DNA of 64,000 nt from an uncultured Verrucomicrobiae bacterium (GCA_963707025.1 CAVPOM010000017.1:96001-160000); one strand, 5' to 3'. Positions 1 to 10,195 are shown, counted from the first letter of the stretch. Notes: generated by a model not told the origin, from the letters alone. Numbers and translations are program-made.

Positions 1-1001
1 CCGAAATCGTCTATGACGGTGATGCCGCCCGGCACGCCGCGCACTTCCATGCGCCGCTTCACGCCTTTGAAGGAGTCGAAAGCGGACTGGATTTGCTTGT
101 TGGACAACCCGCAATGCTTGGCGGCGGCGATGACGGCCAGGGCGTTGCGCACGTTAAACTCCCCCACCAGATTGAGATGGAATTTGAAGCTGGGGATTTC
201 AAATTCGGCGGCGGTGGGGCCGCAGCGCAGATTGAAGGCGTGAATGCTGTCGTCCGCGCCCAGCCCGAAGCGTTTGACCGGGCAATGGGTCACCTCGAGC
301 AAGGGCGCCAGGTTGGCGTCGTCGCCATTGGCCAGGAGCTGGCCGTTGCGCGGGATCAGGGCAATAAGGCGCCGGAAGGAGGTTTGGATGGCGGCCAGAT
401 TCTCAAAGATGTCGGCGTGGTCGAATTCCAGGTTGTTGATCACCACCACTTCGGGAAGGTAATGCACGAATTTGCTGCGCTTGTCAAAAAAGGCGGTGTC
501 GTATTCGTCGCCCTCGATGATAAACCAGGGGCTGGCGGTGAAACGGGCGCCCTGGCCGAAGTTGTTCGGGATGCCGCCGATGAGGAAACCGGGGTTCAAA
601 CCGTTCTGCTCGAAAACCCACGCCAGCAGGGAAGTCGTGGTCGTTTTGCCGTGCGTCCCGCTGACCACAATGGAGCGTTTGCCGCGGATGAAATACTCCT
701 TGAGCAGTTCGGGCAGGGAGCAATAGCGCAGTTTGTGGTCCAGGATCGCTTCCACCTCGGCGTTGCCGCGGGAAAGGGCGTTGCCCACCACCACCAAGTC
801 CGGCTTGTGGGAAAGATTGGATTCGGCGTAGCCCGGCATGACCTGGATTTGCCGGGCCGCCAGGAAGGTGGACACGGGGGGATAGACATTGTAATCCGAA
901 CCGGTGACGGCGAAGCCCTTGTCGCGCATGGCCACCGCGACGGCGGCCATGGCCGTGCCGCCGATGCCGGCGAAATGGACCGATTTAATTTCCGAGAACA
1001 T
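1..1001 (-). CDS. mpl: UDP-N-acetylmuramate:L-Ala-gamma-D-Glu-meso-DAP ligase (Mpl/MurC-like), 3' end outside window
   Basis: Manual minus-strand translation from ATG at 1001: MFSEIKSVHFAGIGGTAM..., GNALSRGN, P-loop SGTHGKTTTT, EGDEYDTAFFDKRSKF, NLEFDHADIF, FKGVKRRME..IDDF. Absent from the ORF track because it runs off the edge. Confidence 0.92.
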   Translation of the reverse strand, partial: MFSEIKSVHFAGIGGTAMAAVAVAMRDKGFAVTGSDYNVYPPVSTFLAARQIQVMPGYAESNLSHKPDLVVVGNALSRGNAEVEAILDHKLRYCSLPELLKEYFIRGKRSIVVSGTHGKTTTTSLLAWVFEQNGLNPGFLIGGIPNNFGQGARFTASPWFIIEGDEYDTAFFDKRSKFVHYLPEVVVINNLEFDHADIFENLAAIQTSFRRLIALIPRNGQLLANGDDANLAPLLEVTHCPVKRFGLGADDSIHAFNLRCGPTAAEFEIPSFKFHLNLVGEFNVRNALAVIAAAKHCGLSNKQIQSAFDSFKGVKRRMEVRGVPGGITVIDDF

Positions 1002-1234
1002 GTTGGATGAATAATGGCGAAATCAGCGCCACAGGAAAGTCGGAAATGAATCGGCCCGCGTCATTTCATGATTGGTTCGCCAAAAAACGGGTGGTGTCCC
1101 CTTTTGCTGCACGGTCGAGCCTGGGGTTCGAAATCGGCCCACACCGCCGACACTGCCACCGGAAATTTCCATCCTTCCATCGTTGGCGGTGCCCCACTGC
1201 GATTTGCCCATCCCTCGCGCCCCCAGCCCCACAC

Positions 1235-1300
1235 GGCAGGGCAACACTCTATCGAGCCGTGACTGGACCCCAAATCGCTGGGGCGAGACTCCGTCGAGCC
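1235..1300. repeat. Two copies of a REP-like arm (GGCAGGGCAACACTCTATCGAGCC; GGGCGAGACTCCGTCGAGCC)
   Basis: The same arm family recurs as an inverted pair at 11123-11194. Confidence 0.6.
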
Positions 1301-1323
1301 CTCGAAGCCGAGGCCCATGGACG

Positions 1324-1735
1324 CTAATCGGGCAGAACCAGCGGGATCGCCTCCCGGCCGTGCCGGCGATAAACGGTAAAATCCGCGCGGTCAATCGTCA
1401 CGATTCTGCAATCTTTCGTCTGCTCGCTCATGCACACCAGAACAGGCGTCCGCAAAGTCCATCGGACGGTCGGCGTATTTCTTCAATAACTCCCGCAGAC
1501 GCGGCGAGGCGGCCTGCGTGTCAAACCGCGATACCAACAAGCCCCGCTCGACGGCCTCCAGAAGCTTCCCCGGTGAGTGCAGGAAGTGGGCCGCTTCCGT
1601 CAGCACGGCGTCGCAGGTGAACAGCGGATAGGGAAGCGAGCGGAGGAGCCTTGCCGCCCAGGGAGTGAATGGATCTTTATCCTGCGGGCGGCGGAAAGCC
1701 GCCACCAGCGGTCCGGTGTCAAGAATGTGGATCAT
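1324..1735 (-). CDS. vapC: PIN-domain (VapC-like) toxin, with a frameshift near 1441
   Basis: ILDTGPLVA, VLTEAAHFL, PMDFADAC; the shifted frame continues LVCMSEQTKDCRIVTIDRADFTVYRRHGREAIPLVLPD* (stop 1324-1326), completing the PIN acidic residues. Confidence 0.85.
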
Positions 1736-1972
1736 GACCGCTTGGAACGCATCGCCTTGCGGACATTCTCATTGGTGGCTGGCGGCGCATCCGTGCTGAC
1801 GCTTCCCAGCAGATCATCCCAAGGCGAGCCTTGTTTGGCCTGCACGGCCTGCACGCGTTGGCGCACGGCCTTGCGGGCAAACTCGCTCAAGTCTTCGCCA
1901 ACATCTTGAGCCACCTTTTGCCAGAACGTCTTTCTCGCGCCCCGGAATCCGAACTGTCAGTGTGTCACTCAT
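1732..1972 (-). CDS. Ribbon-helix-helix-type antitoxin, with a frameshift near 1932
   Basis: MSDTLTVRIPGREK.. joins FWQKVAQDVGEDLSEFARKAVRQR (beta strand plus S-E-F-x-R helix). Its stop overlaps the toxin start (ATGA). Confidence 0.75.
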
Positions 1973-1978
1973 GTTCTG

Positions 1979-1989
1979 TGTGTAACACA
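1979..1989. promoter_or_regulatory. Palindrome TGTGT-A-ACACA, putative TA autoregulatory operator
   Basis: Perfect 5-1-5 inverted repeat 6 bp upstream of the antitoxin ATG. Confidence 0.45.
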
Positions 1990-2041
1990 AACTGCTAAGA
2001 ATTGCAACCTGCCATGGGCTGTTCAGTCAAACTTGGCCGAA

Positions 2042-3472
2042 TTATTTCAATTTGCGCTCCAGGATTTCGCCGATGAGGGTGGGGTTGGCTTTGCCCCGGC
2101 TCAGTTTCATGACCTGGCCTTTGAGGAAATTGAGCGCGGCGGCTTTGCCGGACCTGAAATCGGCGGCCGGGCCGGGGTTGGCGGCGATGGCCTGGTCGCA
2201 AAAGGCTTCAATGGCGGCGGTGTCGCTGACCTGGGCCCAACCTTTCTTCTCGACAATGGAAGCGGGGGGGTCGCCACTGGCAAACATCTCCGCGAAAACC
2301 TGCTGGGCGATGGAGCTGCTGATCTTTTTGCCGTCCACCAGCGCGATCAGTTCCAGGATGTGTTCGGGTTTGAATTTCAAACCGGCCAGGGTCGTTTGCG
2401 TTTCTGTCAGCTTGGCGCGGAGATTGTTGATGACCCAGTTGGCGACGGCTTTGTGCTTTTTGGGATCTTTCGATTGCCGGGCCAGTGATTCAAAATAGGC
2501 GCTTAACGGTGGGTCCCACACTAATGTCTGGGCATCGGAGGCAGGCAATTGGAACTCGCGCATGAGGCGCTGTTTTTTGGCCAGGGGCAGCTCGACCACG
2601 CGGCGGGTGACCTGTTCCAGCCAGGCCGGCGTCGGCGCAAAAGGCATCAGGTCGGGGTCGGGGAAATAGCGGTAGTCATGGGCCATTTCCTTGCTGCGCA
2701 TGGTTTCGGTGATGCCGCCCGCGTCGTCCCAGCGGCGGGTTTCCTGGCGGAGCTGACCGCCCCGGGTCAGGACTTCGATTTGGCGGGGGATTTCATATTC
2801 CAGGGCGCGGCGCACGCCGCTGAAGCTGTTCATGTTTTTGATTTCAATCTTTTTGCCCAGTTCGGCCGTGCCGCGGGGGCGGACGCTGACGTTGACATCA
2901 CATCGCACCATGCCTTTTTCCATGTCGGCGTCGCTGACGCCGCCGTAAATCAGAATATCCTTGAGGGCGTTGAGGTACTCGTAAGCCATGGCGGGGCTGG
3001 AGAGGTCCGGTTCGGAGACGATTTCCAGGAGGGGCACCCCGGCGCGGTTGAAATCCACGCCGCTGTGGCGGTCGAAGTGGGAACTTTTCCCGACGTCCTC
3101 CTCCAGATGGGCGCGGGTGATGCGGACGCGGGCCAAGCCGCCCTGGAACTCGAAATCCAGCCAGCCGTTGCGGGTGGAGGGCTGATCGTATTGGGTGATT
3201 TGATAATTCTTGGGCATGTCAGGATAGAAATAATTCTTGCGGTCAAACTTGGCGCAGGGGGGGATTTCGCAATGGAGGAGAAGGCCGGTCAGGACGGTCA
3301 GTTGCAGGGCCTCCTCATTGGCGACGGGCAGGACGCCGGGCAAGCCCAGGCAAACGGGGCAGACGCGGGAATTGGGGGCCGCGCCGAATTCATTGGCGCA
3401 GGCGCACCACATTTTCGATTTGGTTTTGAGCTGGACATGAGTTTCCAGCCCGATGACAGCTTCGTAATCCAT
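2042..3472 (-). CDS. gatB: Asp/Glu-tRNA amidotransferase subunit B
   Basis: YEAVIGLETHVQL, CPVCLGLPGVLP, FDRKNYFYPD, HLEEDVGK, NRAGVPLLEIVSEP, HDYRYFPDPDL. Confidence 0.98.
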   Translation of the reverse strand: MDYEAVIGLETHVQLKTKSKMWCACANEFGAAPNSRVCPVCLGLPGVLPVANEEALQLTVLTGLLLHCEIPPCAKFDRKNYFYPDMPKNYQITQYDQPSTRNGWLDFEFQGGLARVRITRAHLEEDVGKSSHFDRHSGVDFNRAGVPLLEIVSEPDLSSPAMAYEYLNALKDILIYGGVSDADMEKGMVRCDVNVSVRPRGTAELGKKIEIKNMNSFSGVRRALEYEIPRQIEVLTRGGQLRQETRRWDDAGGITETMRSKEMAHDYRYFPDPDLMPFAPTPAWLEQVTRRVVELPLAKKQRLMREFQLPASDAQTLVWDPPLSAYFESLARQSKDPKKHKAVANWVINNLRAKLTETQTTLAGLKFKPEHILELIALVDGKKISSSIAQQVFAEMFASGDPPASIVEKKGWAQVSDTAAIEAFCDQAIAANPGPAADFRSGKAAALNFLKGQVMKLSRGKANPTLIGEILERKLK

Positions 3473-3476
3473 GATC

Positions 3477-4266
3477 TTACAGGGGTTTGAATTGCCTTTT
3501 TTCGTCCCATTTCAAAGCGCGGGATTCGCTTCTGAGAATGCCGATCAGTTCCTCTTCGCCGATGGCGGGGCTGGAAACCCGCTTGATAATGACGTTCTCT
3601 TTTGATCCAGTCGCTCTTGTCGGCGTCTTTGATGTAAAAACCGCGGCTGTCAAAACAAAAGGTGATGCCGCGCAGGCTCTGCAAGGCCGCGGCCATCTGG
3701 ATGCACGCACCCACGTAGTCCTGGCCCTCCCCCAGGGAATAGACGGTGCCGCGGGCCAGTCCGCAACGCAGCGCGGCAGGCGGATCGGACACGCGGCCGC
3801 GAATCCGGAAGAGAAAGTCGCGTTGGTAGTTGCCGCAGATGACCAGGGCGTTGGCGAGGATATTGCGCCGGGCCACCGCGCTCTCCCCGGAGGTGTCCCA
3901 GAGGACGAGCAAGCCGTCGCCGGTGAATTTGACGAAAAACGGCAGGGGACTCCAGAGGATGACGCCGCCTTCGTGATCCTTGCGTTTCATTTCCATCTTG
4001 AGTTGCAGCATGAGCCAGGGGAGGAATTCCCTGATGAAAAAGGGAATGGCCTGATCGGTTTCCACGTGTTTGCAAAAATCCGGGAAGCCTTCCAACGCGA
4101 AGACGGCGGCGACCACTTCCATCACCGTGGCCGGCTGGGCCAAATCTCCCAGACCCAGGAGCGAGGGGTTGAAGGCGTCGAATTTGGCCCTGGACAAGAC
4201 TCTCCGGCGCTTGCCTTCCACAATGGCCTCCTTGAAATCGGACTCACTGGGCTTAAGGGGCAACAT
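3477..4266 (-). CDS. Class III nucleotidyl cyclase-fold protein with degenerate catalytic motifs; frameshift near 3601
   Basis: From ATG 4266: VVAAVFALEGFPDF, VKFTGDGLLVLW, LRCGLARGTV, DYVGACIQMAAALQ, in cyclase order and spacing. The C-terminus continues in another frame to ...DEKRQFKPL*. Confidence 0.65.
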
Positions 4267-4277
4267 GGGAATTGGTG

Positions 4278-5756
4278 CTAGAAGTTGAGCGGCGGTTTCT
4301 GCTGGTGCCAATCGGTGCTCTGTTCGTAGGCGTGGGCGAGCTGCAAAATGGTTTGTTCGCCAAAGGGCTTGCCCAGAAGCTGCAGGCCGATGGGAAGTTT
4401 GGGATTGGACGTGAACCCGCAGGGCAGGCTCAGTCCGCAGATGCCCGCCAGATTGCAGGAGATGGTGAAGATGTCCGAAAGATACATTTGCAGGGGATCG
4501 CCGGATTTTTCGCCGGCGCGGAAAGCCGCGGTCGGCGTGGTGGGGGTGACGATGGCATCCACTTTGGCAAAGGCTTGCAGGAAATCGCGGCGGATCAAGG
4601 TGCGGACTTTTTGGGCGCGCAAATAGTAGGCGTCGTAGTAGCCGCTGCTCAAGACGTAGGTGCCCAGGAGGATGCGGCGCTTGACTTCCGGGCCGAAGCC
4701 CGCGCCGCGGGTCTTGCCGTAGAGTTCGATGGGGTCGGCCCCGTCCACGCGGGCGCCGTAGCGGATGCCATCGAAGCGGGCCAGATTGGCGCTGGCCTCG
4801 GCGGTGGCGATGATATAATAGGTGGCGACGGCGTAATCGGTGTGGGGCAGGGAAATTTCCACGATTTCCGCGCCGAGTTTTTCCAGGTGCTTGACGGCGG
4901 ATTGCATGGCGGCGCCGACTTGGGGGTCCAGGCCGCCAATCATGAATTCGCCGGCCAGGCCGAGTTTGAGGCCCTTGATGTTGCCGTTCAGGGCGGCGGC
5001 GTAGTCCGGCACGGGTTCCGGGACGCTTGTGGAGTCGCGCGGGTCCGGGCCGCTGATGGCGCGCAGCAGCAGCCCGGCGTCGCGAACATCCTTGGTAAAA
5101 GTGCCGATTTGATCGAGCGACGAAGCGAAGGCGACCAGACCGTAACGGGAAACGCGCCCGTAAGTCGGCTTCAGGCCAACGCATCCGCACAAAGCGGCGG
5201 GCTGGCGGATGGAACCGCCGGTGTCGGAGCCGAGGGCGGCGAGGCATTCATCGGCCGCCACGGCGGCGGCGGAACCGCCGGAGGAACCGCCCGGAATGCG
5301 AGTGAGGTCCCAGGGATTGCAGGTCGCGCCGAAGGCGGAGTTTTCCGTGGAGCTGCCCATGGCGAATTCGTCCATGTTCAAACGTCCAAAAACCACGGCG
5401 CCGGCGGCCTGTAATTTTTCCACCACGGTGGCGCTGTAGGGCGAAATAAAATTGCCCAGGATTTTTGAGCCGCAACGGAGCGGCTGGCCGCGGACGGCAA
5501 TGACATCCTTGAGGGCGATGGGGACGCCGAGCAGCGGCTGGCCGGACGGAGCCGCGGCCAGGGCGCGGTCGGCGGCGTCGGCCTGGGCCAGGGCGTCGGC
5601 GGCATCGCAACTGAGGAAAGCGTGCAGGCGGCCGTCCACGCGCTGGATTTGATCCAGGCAGGCCTGCATGGCCTGGCGGGCGGAGACTTCGCGGCGGGCG
5701 AGTTGGGCGGCCAGTTGCCAGGTGGTGAGTTGGTTGAGCATGAGATCGGGCGCCAT
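4278..5756 (-). CDS. gatA: Asp/Glu-tRNA amidotransferase subunit A
   Basis: Amidase signature [47 protein letters not shown]. Start may instead be 5741. Confidence 0.98.
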   Translation of the reverse strand: MAPDLMLNQLTTWQLAAQLARREVSARQAMQACLDQIQRVDGRLHAFLSCDAADALAQADAADRALAAAPSGQPLLGVPIALKDVIAVRGQPLRCGSKILGNFISPYSATVVEKLQAAGAVVFGRLNMDEFAMGSSTENSAFGATCNPWDLTRIPGGSSGGSAAAVAADECLAALGSDTGGSIRQPAALCGCVGLKPTYGRVSRYGLVAFASSLDQIGTFTKDVRDAGLLLRAISGPDPRDSTSVPEPVPDYAAALNGNIKGLKLGLAGEFMIGGLDPQVGAAMQSAVKHLEKLGAEIVEISLPHTDYAVATYYIIATAEASANLARFDGIRYGARVDGADPIELYGKTRGAGFGPEVKRRILLGTYVLSSGYYDAYYLRAQKVRTLIRRDFLQAFAKVDAIVTPTTPTAAFRAGEKSGDPLQMYLSDIFTISCNLAGICGLSLPCGFTSNPKLPIGLQLLGKPFGEQTILQLAHAYEQSTDWHQQKPPLNF

Positions 5757-6040
5757 CACTCCACAATTTTCGGAACGACAAACAGGCCGCTGGCCTTGGC
5801 GGGAGCATTGCGCAGGGCTTCCTCGTTGCTCAGGGAAGGCTGGGTCAGATCGGGGCGAAAGACATTGACCAGGGGCACGGCGTGGGCGGTCGGCTCGATG
5901 CCGCGGACGTCCAGTTGCTTGAGCTTTTCGATGTAGCCGAGGATGCCGCCCAATTGCGCGCCAAATTGTTCCTCCTCGGCGGGGGAGAGGGACAGGCGGG
6001 CCAGATGGGCCACGTACTGGATGTTGAAGTCGGAGGGCAT
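5756..6040 (-). CDS. gatC: Asp/Glu-tRNA amidotransferase subunit C
   Basis: [24 protein letters not shown]...FVVPKIVE; directly upstream of gatA. Confidence 0.96.
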   Translation of the reverse strand: MPSDFNIQYVAHLARLSLSPAEEEQFGAQLGGILGYIEKLKQLDVRGIEPTAHAVPLVNVFRPDLTQPSLSNEEALRNAPAKASGLFVVPKIVE

Positions 6041-6082
6041 GGAATTTTGAATATCAAGATTTGAATCTGGAACATCCGCCGA

Positions 6083-6382
6083 TCAATCCTCGTCGAACTT
6101 GCGTTTGATGAGGGCTTCGATCTCCGTCAGGGCCTGGTGGGCGTCGTCGCCTTCGCAATGAACGATGATTTTGCTGCCCGGCCCGGCCGCGAGCATCATC
6201 AGGCCCATGATGCTTTTGCCGTTGACGCGTTCGCCGTCCTTTTCCACCAGGATGCTGCAGGAGAATTTATTGACCAGGCGGACAAACATGGCGGCGGGCC
6301 GGGCATGGATGCCCAGCTTGTTGAGCACCAGAAACTCGCGTTGCAGGGCGGGCTTGCCCGCGGATTTTTTCACATTACTCAT
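6083..6382 (-). CDS. ptsH: Phosphocarrier protein HPr
   Basis: GIHARPAA (His15 motif) and NGKSIMGLMML (Ser46 motif). Confidence 0.95.
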   Translation of the reverse strand: MSNVKKSAGKPALQREFLVLNKLGIHARPAAMFVRLVNKFSCSILVEKDGERVNGKSIMGLMMLAAGPGSKIIVHCEGDDAHQALTEIEALIKRKFDED

Positions 6383-6650
6383 TTGCCATCCAAGCGCCTA
6401 ATGTGCGGCCTGCCTGGTTTTTTTGCCATTGAAAATTGACTGGTTTTCTGCCTTTTTTTCCGCACAGGGCTGCCTTGGCCTGCGGAAGACATGTGGAGTG
6501 CAGTTCACCCTAGATTCCAAAGAGGGTGGATTGCCAGGCGTCCACTTCAAATTCCTGAGCGCGTGACAGACCTGCAAATCCACGGCCGGGGCTGCCTTGC
6601 CGGAAATGAAAACACCCGGCAGCATGGCGCCAGTTCACCATTGACCGCTC

Positions 6651-7763
6651 TCAGTTTTTGGCGGCGGAACCGACGGCCTGGGGCCAGGCGGTGAAGGCGT
6701 TTTCGGCCATGCGCCGGGCCAAACCTCGCACGATTTGCCGGCAGATGCCGGGGCCTTCATAAATCAGGCCGGTGTAAATTTGCACCAGGGAAGCCCCGGC
6801 GGTGATTTTTTCCCAGGCATCGGCGGCGTTGAAAATTCCGCCGACACCAATAATCGGCAGCGCGCCGCGGGTCTGGCGATGGAGATGGCGCACGATTTCG
6901 GTGCTGCGGGCGCGCAAGGGCCGTCCGCTCAATCCGCCCGCCGCCGCATAGACCCGCTGTAACGCCGGGTCGCTGGTTTGGGGACGGGTGATGGTGGTGT
7001 TGGTGGCGACGATCCCGGCGATCTGGCGCGGACCGGCTAATTCGAGGATTTCATCCAGCGCGGAGAAGGAGAGGTCGGGGGCGACTTTGACCAGGATTGG
7101 GCGGACCGGGGCTTGCGACGGCGTTTTCTGAACTTCCTGGAGGGCGGCGAGGATTTCGTCGAGGGCGGCTTTGTCCTGGAGCTGGCGGAGGTTGGGGGTG
7201 TTGGGGGAGCTGACGTTGACCACAAAGAAATCGCCGTGGGAACGCAGGAGACGAAAGGAGTCGGCGTAGTCCCCGGCGGCGTCGGCCAGAGGGGTGCTTT
7301 TGGATTTGCCCAGATTGATGCCGACCGGGTGGGAGGGCCAGAGTCCGGCTTGTTTCCATTGCGCGAGAGTCGCGGCCAGGGCTTCGGCGCCGGGGTTATT
7401 GAAGCCCATGCTGTTGACAAGGGCCTGATCCTTGATGGCGCGAAAAATGCGCGGGGGCGGGTTGCCCGGCTGAGGATGGCGGGTGACGCCGCCCAGTTCG
7501 CTGAAGCCAAAACCAAGGGCGGGCCAGATGGGAACGGCCTGGGCCAGCTTGTCCATGCCCGCCGCCAGACCAACGGGGTTGGGAAAGGTCAAACCGAGGA
7601 GATCAACGGGGAGTTCCGGCGCGGCATACAGAGCGGCGGTCAGGCCGGTGAGAAGCCGGTGGCGGGAGGCGCAGGCCAGGGCATGGAGCGTGCGGTCGTG
7701 AATTTTCTCCGAGTTTTGCGTGAAAAGGACCGGGCGGATGAGGCTGCGGTAGAACCAACTCAC
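6651..7763 (-). CDS. pyrD: Dihydroorotate dehydrogenase (quinone, class 2)
   Basis: NPVGLAAGMDK, QPGNPPPRIFR, NVSSPNTPNLR, LVKVAPD, ATNTT, GGLSGRPL, IIGVGGI. GTG start at 7763 overlaps the shc stop. Confidence 0.95.
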   Translation of the reverse strand: MSWFYRSLIRPVLFTQNSEKIHDRTLHALACASRHRLLTGLTAALYAAPELPVDLLGLTFPNPVGLAAGMDKLAQAVPIWPALGFGFSELGGVTRHPQPGNPPPRIFRAIKDQALVNSMGFNNPGAEALAATLAQWKQAGLWPSHPVGINLGKSKSTPLADAAGDYADSFRLLRSHGDFFVVNVSSPNTPNLRQLQDKAALDEILAALQEVQKTPSQAPVRPILVKVAPDLSFSALDEILELAGPRQIAGIVATNTTITRPQTSDPALQRVYAAAGGLSGRPLRARSTEIVRHLHRQTRGALPIIGVGGIFNAADAWEKITAGASLVQIYTGLIYEGPGICRQIVRGLARRMAENAFTAWPQAVGSAAKN

Positions 7764-9790
7764 GGCAGAACGGGCAGCCCGGGCTGGGGGCGCGACAAGT
7801 TTAATGGGTCCAGTCCCGCCAGCGCTGGCTGGCCGCGTCGCACGCCGGACTGGCTGAAAAGATTGCGATAGGTGGCCAGGGCCAGGAGCGGCCAACTGTT
7901 GCGGTACATGTCGTACTTCAAATAGAAAACGCGCGGGAAACCGGTGCCGGTCGTCTCCGCTTCGGTCCATGTGCCGTCGGGGTTTTGGGTGCGGACCAGG
8001 CAGGCCATGCCCGCCTGGATGCTGGGGCGGTTGGGGTCTCCAAACGCGCACAGGCCCATCACGGCCCAGGCGGTCTGGGAGGCGGTGCTGGGTCCCTGCC
8101 CCTTGAAGACGGGGTCGTCGTAGGTGTCGCAACGTTCGCCCCAGCCGCCGTCCGGGTGCTGCACGCTTTCCAGCCAGTCGCGGGCTTTGAGGAGCCAGGG
8201 CTGGCGCAGGTCCAGGCCCAGGGCGCGCAGGCCGCGCAGGACCTGCCAGGTGCCGTAAATATAATTGACGCCCCAGCGGCCGTACCAGGAACCATCGGCT
8301 TCCTGGTGGGCGCGGATGAATTCCAGGGCCTTGCGCACCTGGGGGTTCTGCAGGTCGAAGTTCTCGTAGCCGAGCAATTCCAGGATGCGCGCGGTGATAT
8401 CGGCGCATTCCGGGTCGAGCATGGCGTTGTGGTCGGCGAAGGGGACTTTTTCCAGGATGCCCTTGGTGCAATCCCGGTCGAAGGAGGCCCAGCCGCCGTC
8501 CTTGCATTGGAAGGTGAGCATCCAGTTCAGGCCGCGCCGGAAGCATTCGTCGCGGCGGCGCGGGTTGGCCGTGGGAATTTTGCGCAGGGCGAGCAGGACC
8601 ATGGCCGTGTCGTCCACGTCAGGGTTCCACTTGTTGTTGAATTCAAAGACCCAGCCGCTCGGTTCGACGGGCGCGGGGTTTTTGTACTGCCAGTCTCCGC
8701 GGAAACGGACCTCCCGGTCCATGAGCCATTGCGTGCCCAGGGTCAGGGCCGGGTGATCGCTGGCCAGACCCGATTCGTGGAGGGCAATCGCGACGATGGC
8801 GGTGTCCCAAACCGGGGAGGTGCAAGGCTCGAAGCGGACGCTGTCGGCGGTTTGGTGCTCCAGCTTTTGCAATTCTTCCGCGCAACGCCGGATGAGGGGA
8901 TGATCGTCGGGATAACCGAGGGCCTTGAAGGCGATGCGGGAATTCAGAATGCCGGGAAAAATCGCGGCCAGGCCATCGCTGCCCTCGAAGCGCTGGATCA
9001 TCCATTGCTCGGCCTTTTTCAAGGAGAGCTTGCGGAAAGGATGGATTTTCAGGGCGGCGAAATGTTCGGCAAATTTGTGGAGCTTGTCCAGCCCGATGAA
9101 GAAATTGCGCCAGGTAAACCATTCGGGATCGCGGGCCAGCATCAAATCGCGCTCGTGCAAGCCCGAGGGGAAAAGCTCGTCCAGCGAGACGCCGTTGGGC
9201 AGGGGGCGGGTGGGCTTGAAATGGTTGATGATGGACAGGGGCACGAGCATGGAGCGGCTCCACGAACTCATGTCATAGAATTGAACGCCGAACCATTTGC
9301 CAATGAGGATGATTTCGCAGGGAATGGTGGGCACGTAAGCCCAGGGATACAGGCCGAACAGGGCGAGGTATAATTTGGAAAAGGTGTTCAGGCGCGGCAC
9401 TCCGCCCAGGCTCAACGCCGTCTGCCGCGCGCGCAGCATGCGCGGGTCGGTCACGGGGACGCCGGCCAGCTTGAGGGCCAGATAAGCCTTGATGGTGGCG
9501 TTGACTTCGGCCGGGCCGCCGTAATAAATGCTCCAGCCGCCGGAGGGCATTTGCAGGGAAAAGATATGATTGACGGCCTTGCGCTGCCAAGCCAGGTCCA
9601 CCTTGCCGTTCCAATGGTGGAAAGCGACGACATCGGCCACCAGGGTGCAATCCACCATCAACTCGCCGATCCAGTAGCCTTCGGGCTTCTGCTGGCCGAG
9701 GAGCCAGGTTTGCGACCTTTTAATGGCTTGCTCCAGTTCGGCGAACGACAACAAGGCCGGTTCCGGCGCCGGCATCTCCGCCGCCGTCAT
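7760..9790 (-). CDS. shc: Squalene-hopene cyclase
   Basis: PDVDDTA catalytic motif, SPVWDTA, QW repeats (QEADGSWYGRWGVNYIYGT, QHPDGGWGE, QNPDGTW), TGTGFPRVFYLKY. Start uncertain; frame open to 9916. Confidence 0.96.
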   Translation of the reverse strand: MTAAEMPAPEPALLSFAELEQAIKRSQTWLLGQQKPEGYWIGELMVDCTLVADVVAFHHWNGKVDLAWQRKAVNHIFSLQMPSGGWSIYYGGPAEVNATIKAYLALKLAGVPVTDPRMLRARQTALSLGGVPRLNTFSKLYLALFGLYPWAYVPTIPCEIILIGKWFGVQFYDMSSWSRSMLVPLSIINHFKPTRPLPNGVSLDELFPSGLHERDLMLARDPEWFTWRNFFIGLDKLHKFAEHFAALKIHPFRKLSLKKAEQWMIQRFEGSDGLAAIFPGILNSRIAFKALGYPDDHPLIRRCAEELQKLEHQTADSVRFEPCTSPVWDTAIVAIALHESGLASDHPALTLGTQWLMDREVRFRGDWQYKNPAPVEPSGWVFEFNNKWNPDVDDTAMVLLALRKIPTANPRRRDECFRRGLNWMLTFQCKDGGWASFDRDCTKGILEKVPFADHNAMLDPECADITARILELLGYENFDLQNPQVRKALEFIRAHQEADGSWYGRWGVNYIYGTWQVLRGLRALGLDLRQPWLLKARDWLESVQHPDGGWGERCDTYDDPVFKGQGPSTASQTAWAVMGLCAFGDPNRPSIQAGMACLVRTQNPDGTWTEAETTGTGFPRVFYLKYDMYRNSWPLLALATYRNLFSQSGVRRGQPALAGLDPLNLSRPQPGLPVLP

Positions 9791-10195
9791 TAGCCCGTTA
9801 GAGTGATTTAAAACATTGACCGGCACTTCCCCAATGTGCGGAGTAAAGGAGAGGCTGTAAAGGGCGGAATTGAGGATGTCGAAAAATGGAGATGGACGCT
9901 GGATTGGATGTGACACTTCATATTTCGCATGAGCAGAGCCTCAAATCGTGATGTCGGGCAACGTTGCCACCGCGCTGTGGAGCGGGTGGACGATGGCGAG
10001 GCAGCGGCCACTGCAGGCCGGCGACGCTCCGCGGTCCGCCTGGTGCCGGTCCCGCGCCGGAACACCGCGGCAAAACGGATGCCCGATGTCACTGCCCGGC
10101 TGCAAATGGTCTTTGGTCGAAGGGCGATCTCTGAAAAGAACATGACAAAAATCTTGGACGAAAATCGGAGTGCCTTCTAATGGTGTTTCCCGGAC

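Noticed and set aside
1007..1327. Short ORFs and a GGTTCGAAATC tRNA-like T-loop string between mpl and the TA pair
   Set aside because: No cloverleaf could be built and the ORFs have no recognisable features.
3298..5247. 649-aa minus-strand ORF
   Set aside because: Its N-terminal half is an alternative frame of gatA; only the part from 4266 is a plausible gene.
6461..6480. CGCACAGGGC resemblance to a c-di-GMP-I riboswitch 5' end
   Set aside because: The following GCAAAC, GNRA-loop and GCAAAG elements are absent.
6651..8546. 631-aa extended PyrD
   Set aside because: The extension is an off-frame reading of shc; PyrD homology starts at GTG 7763.
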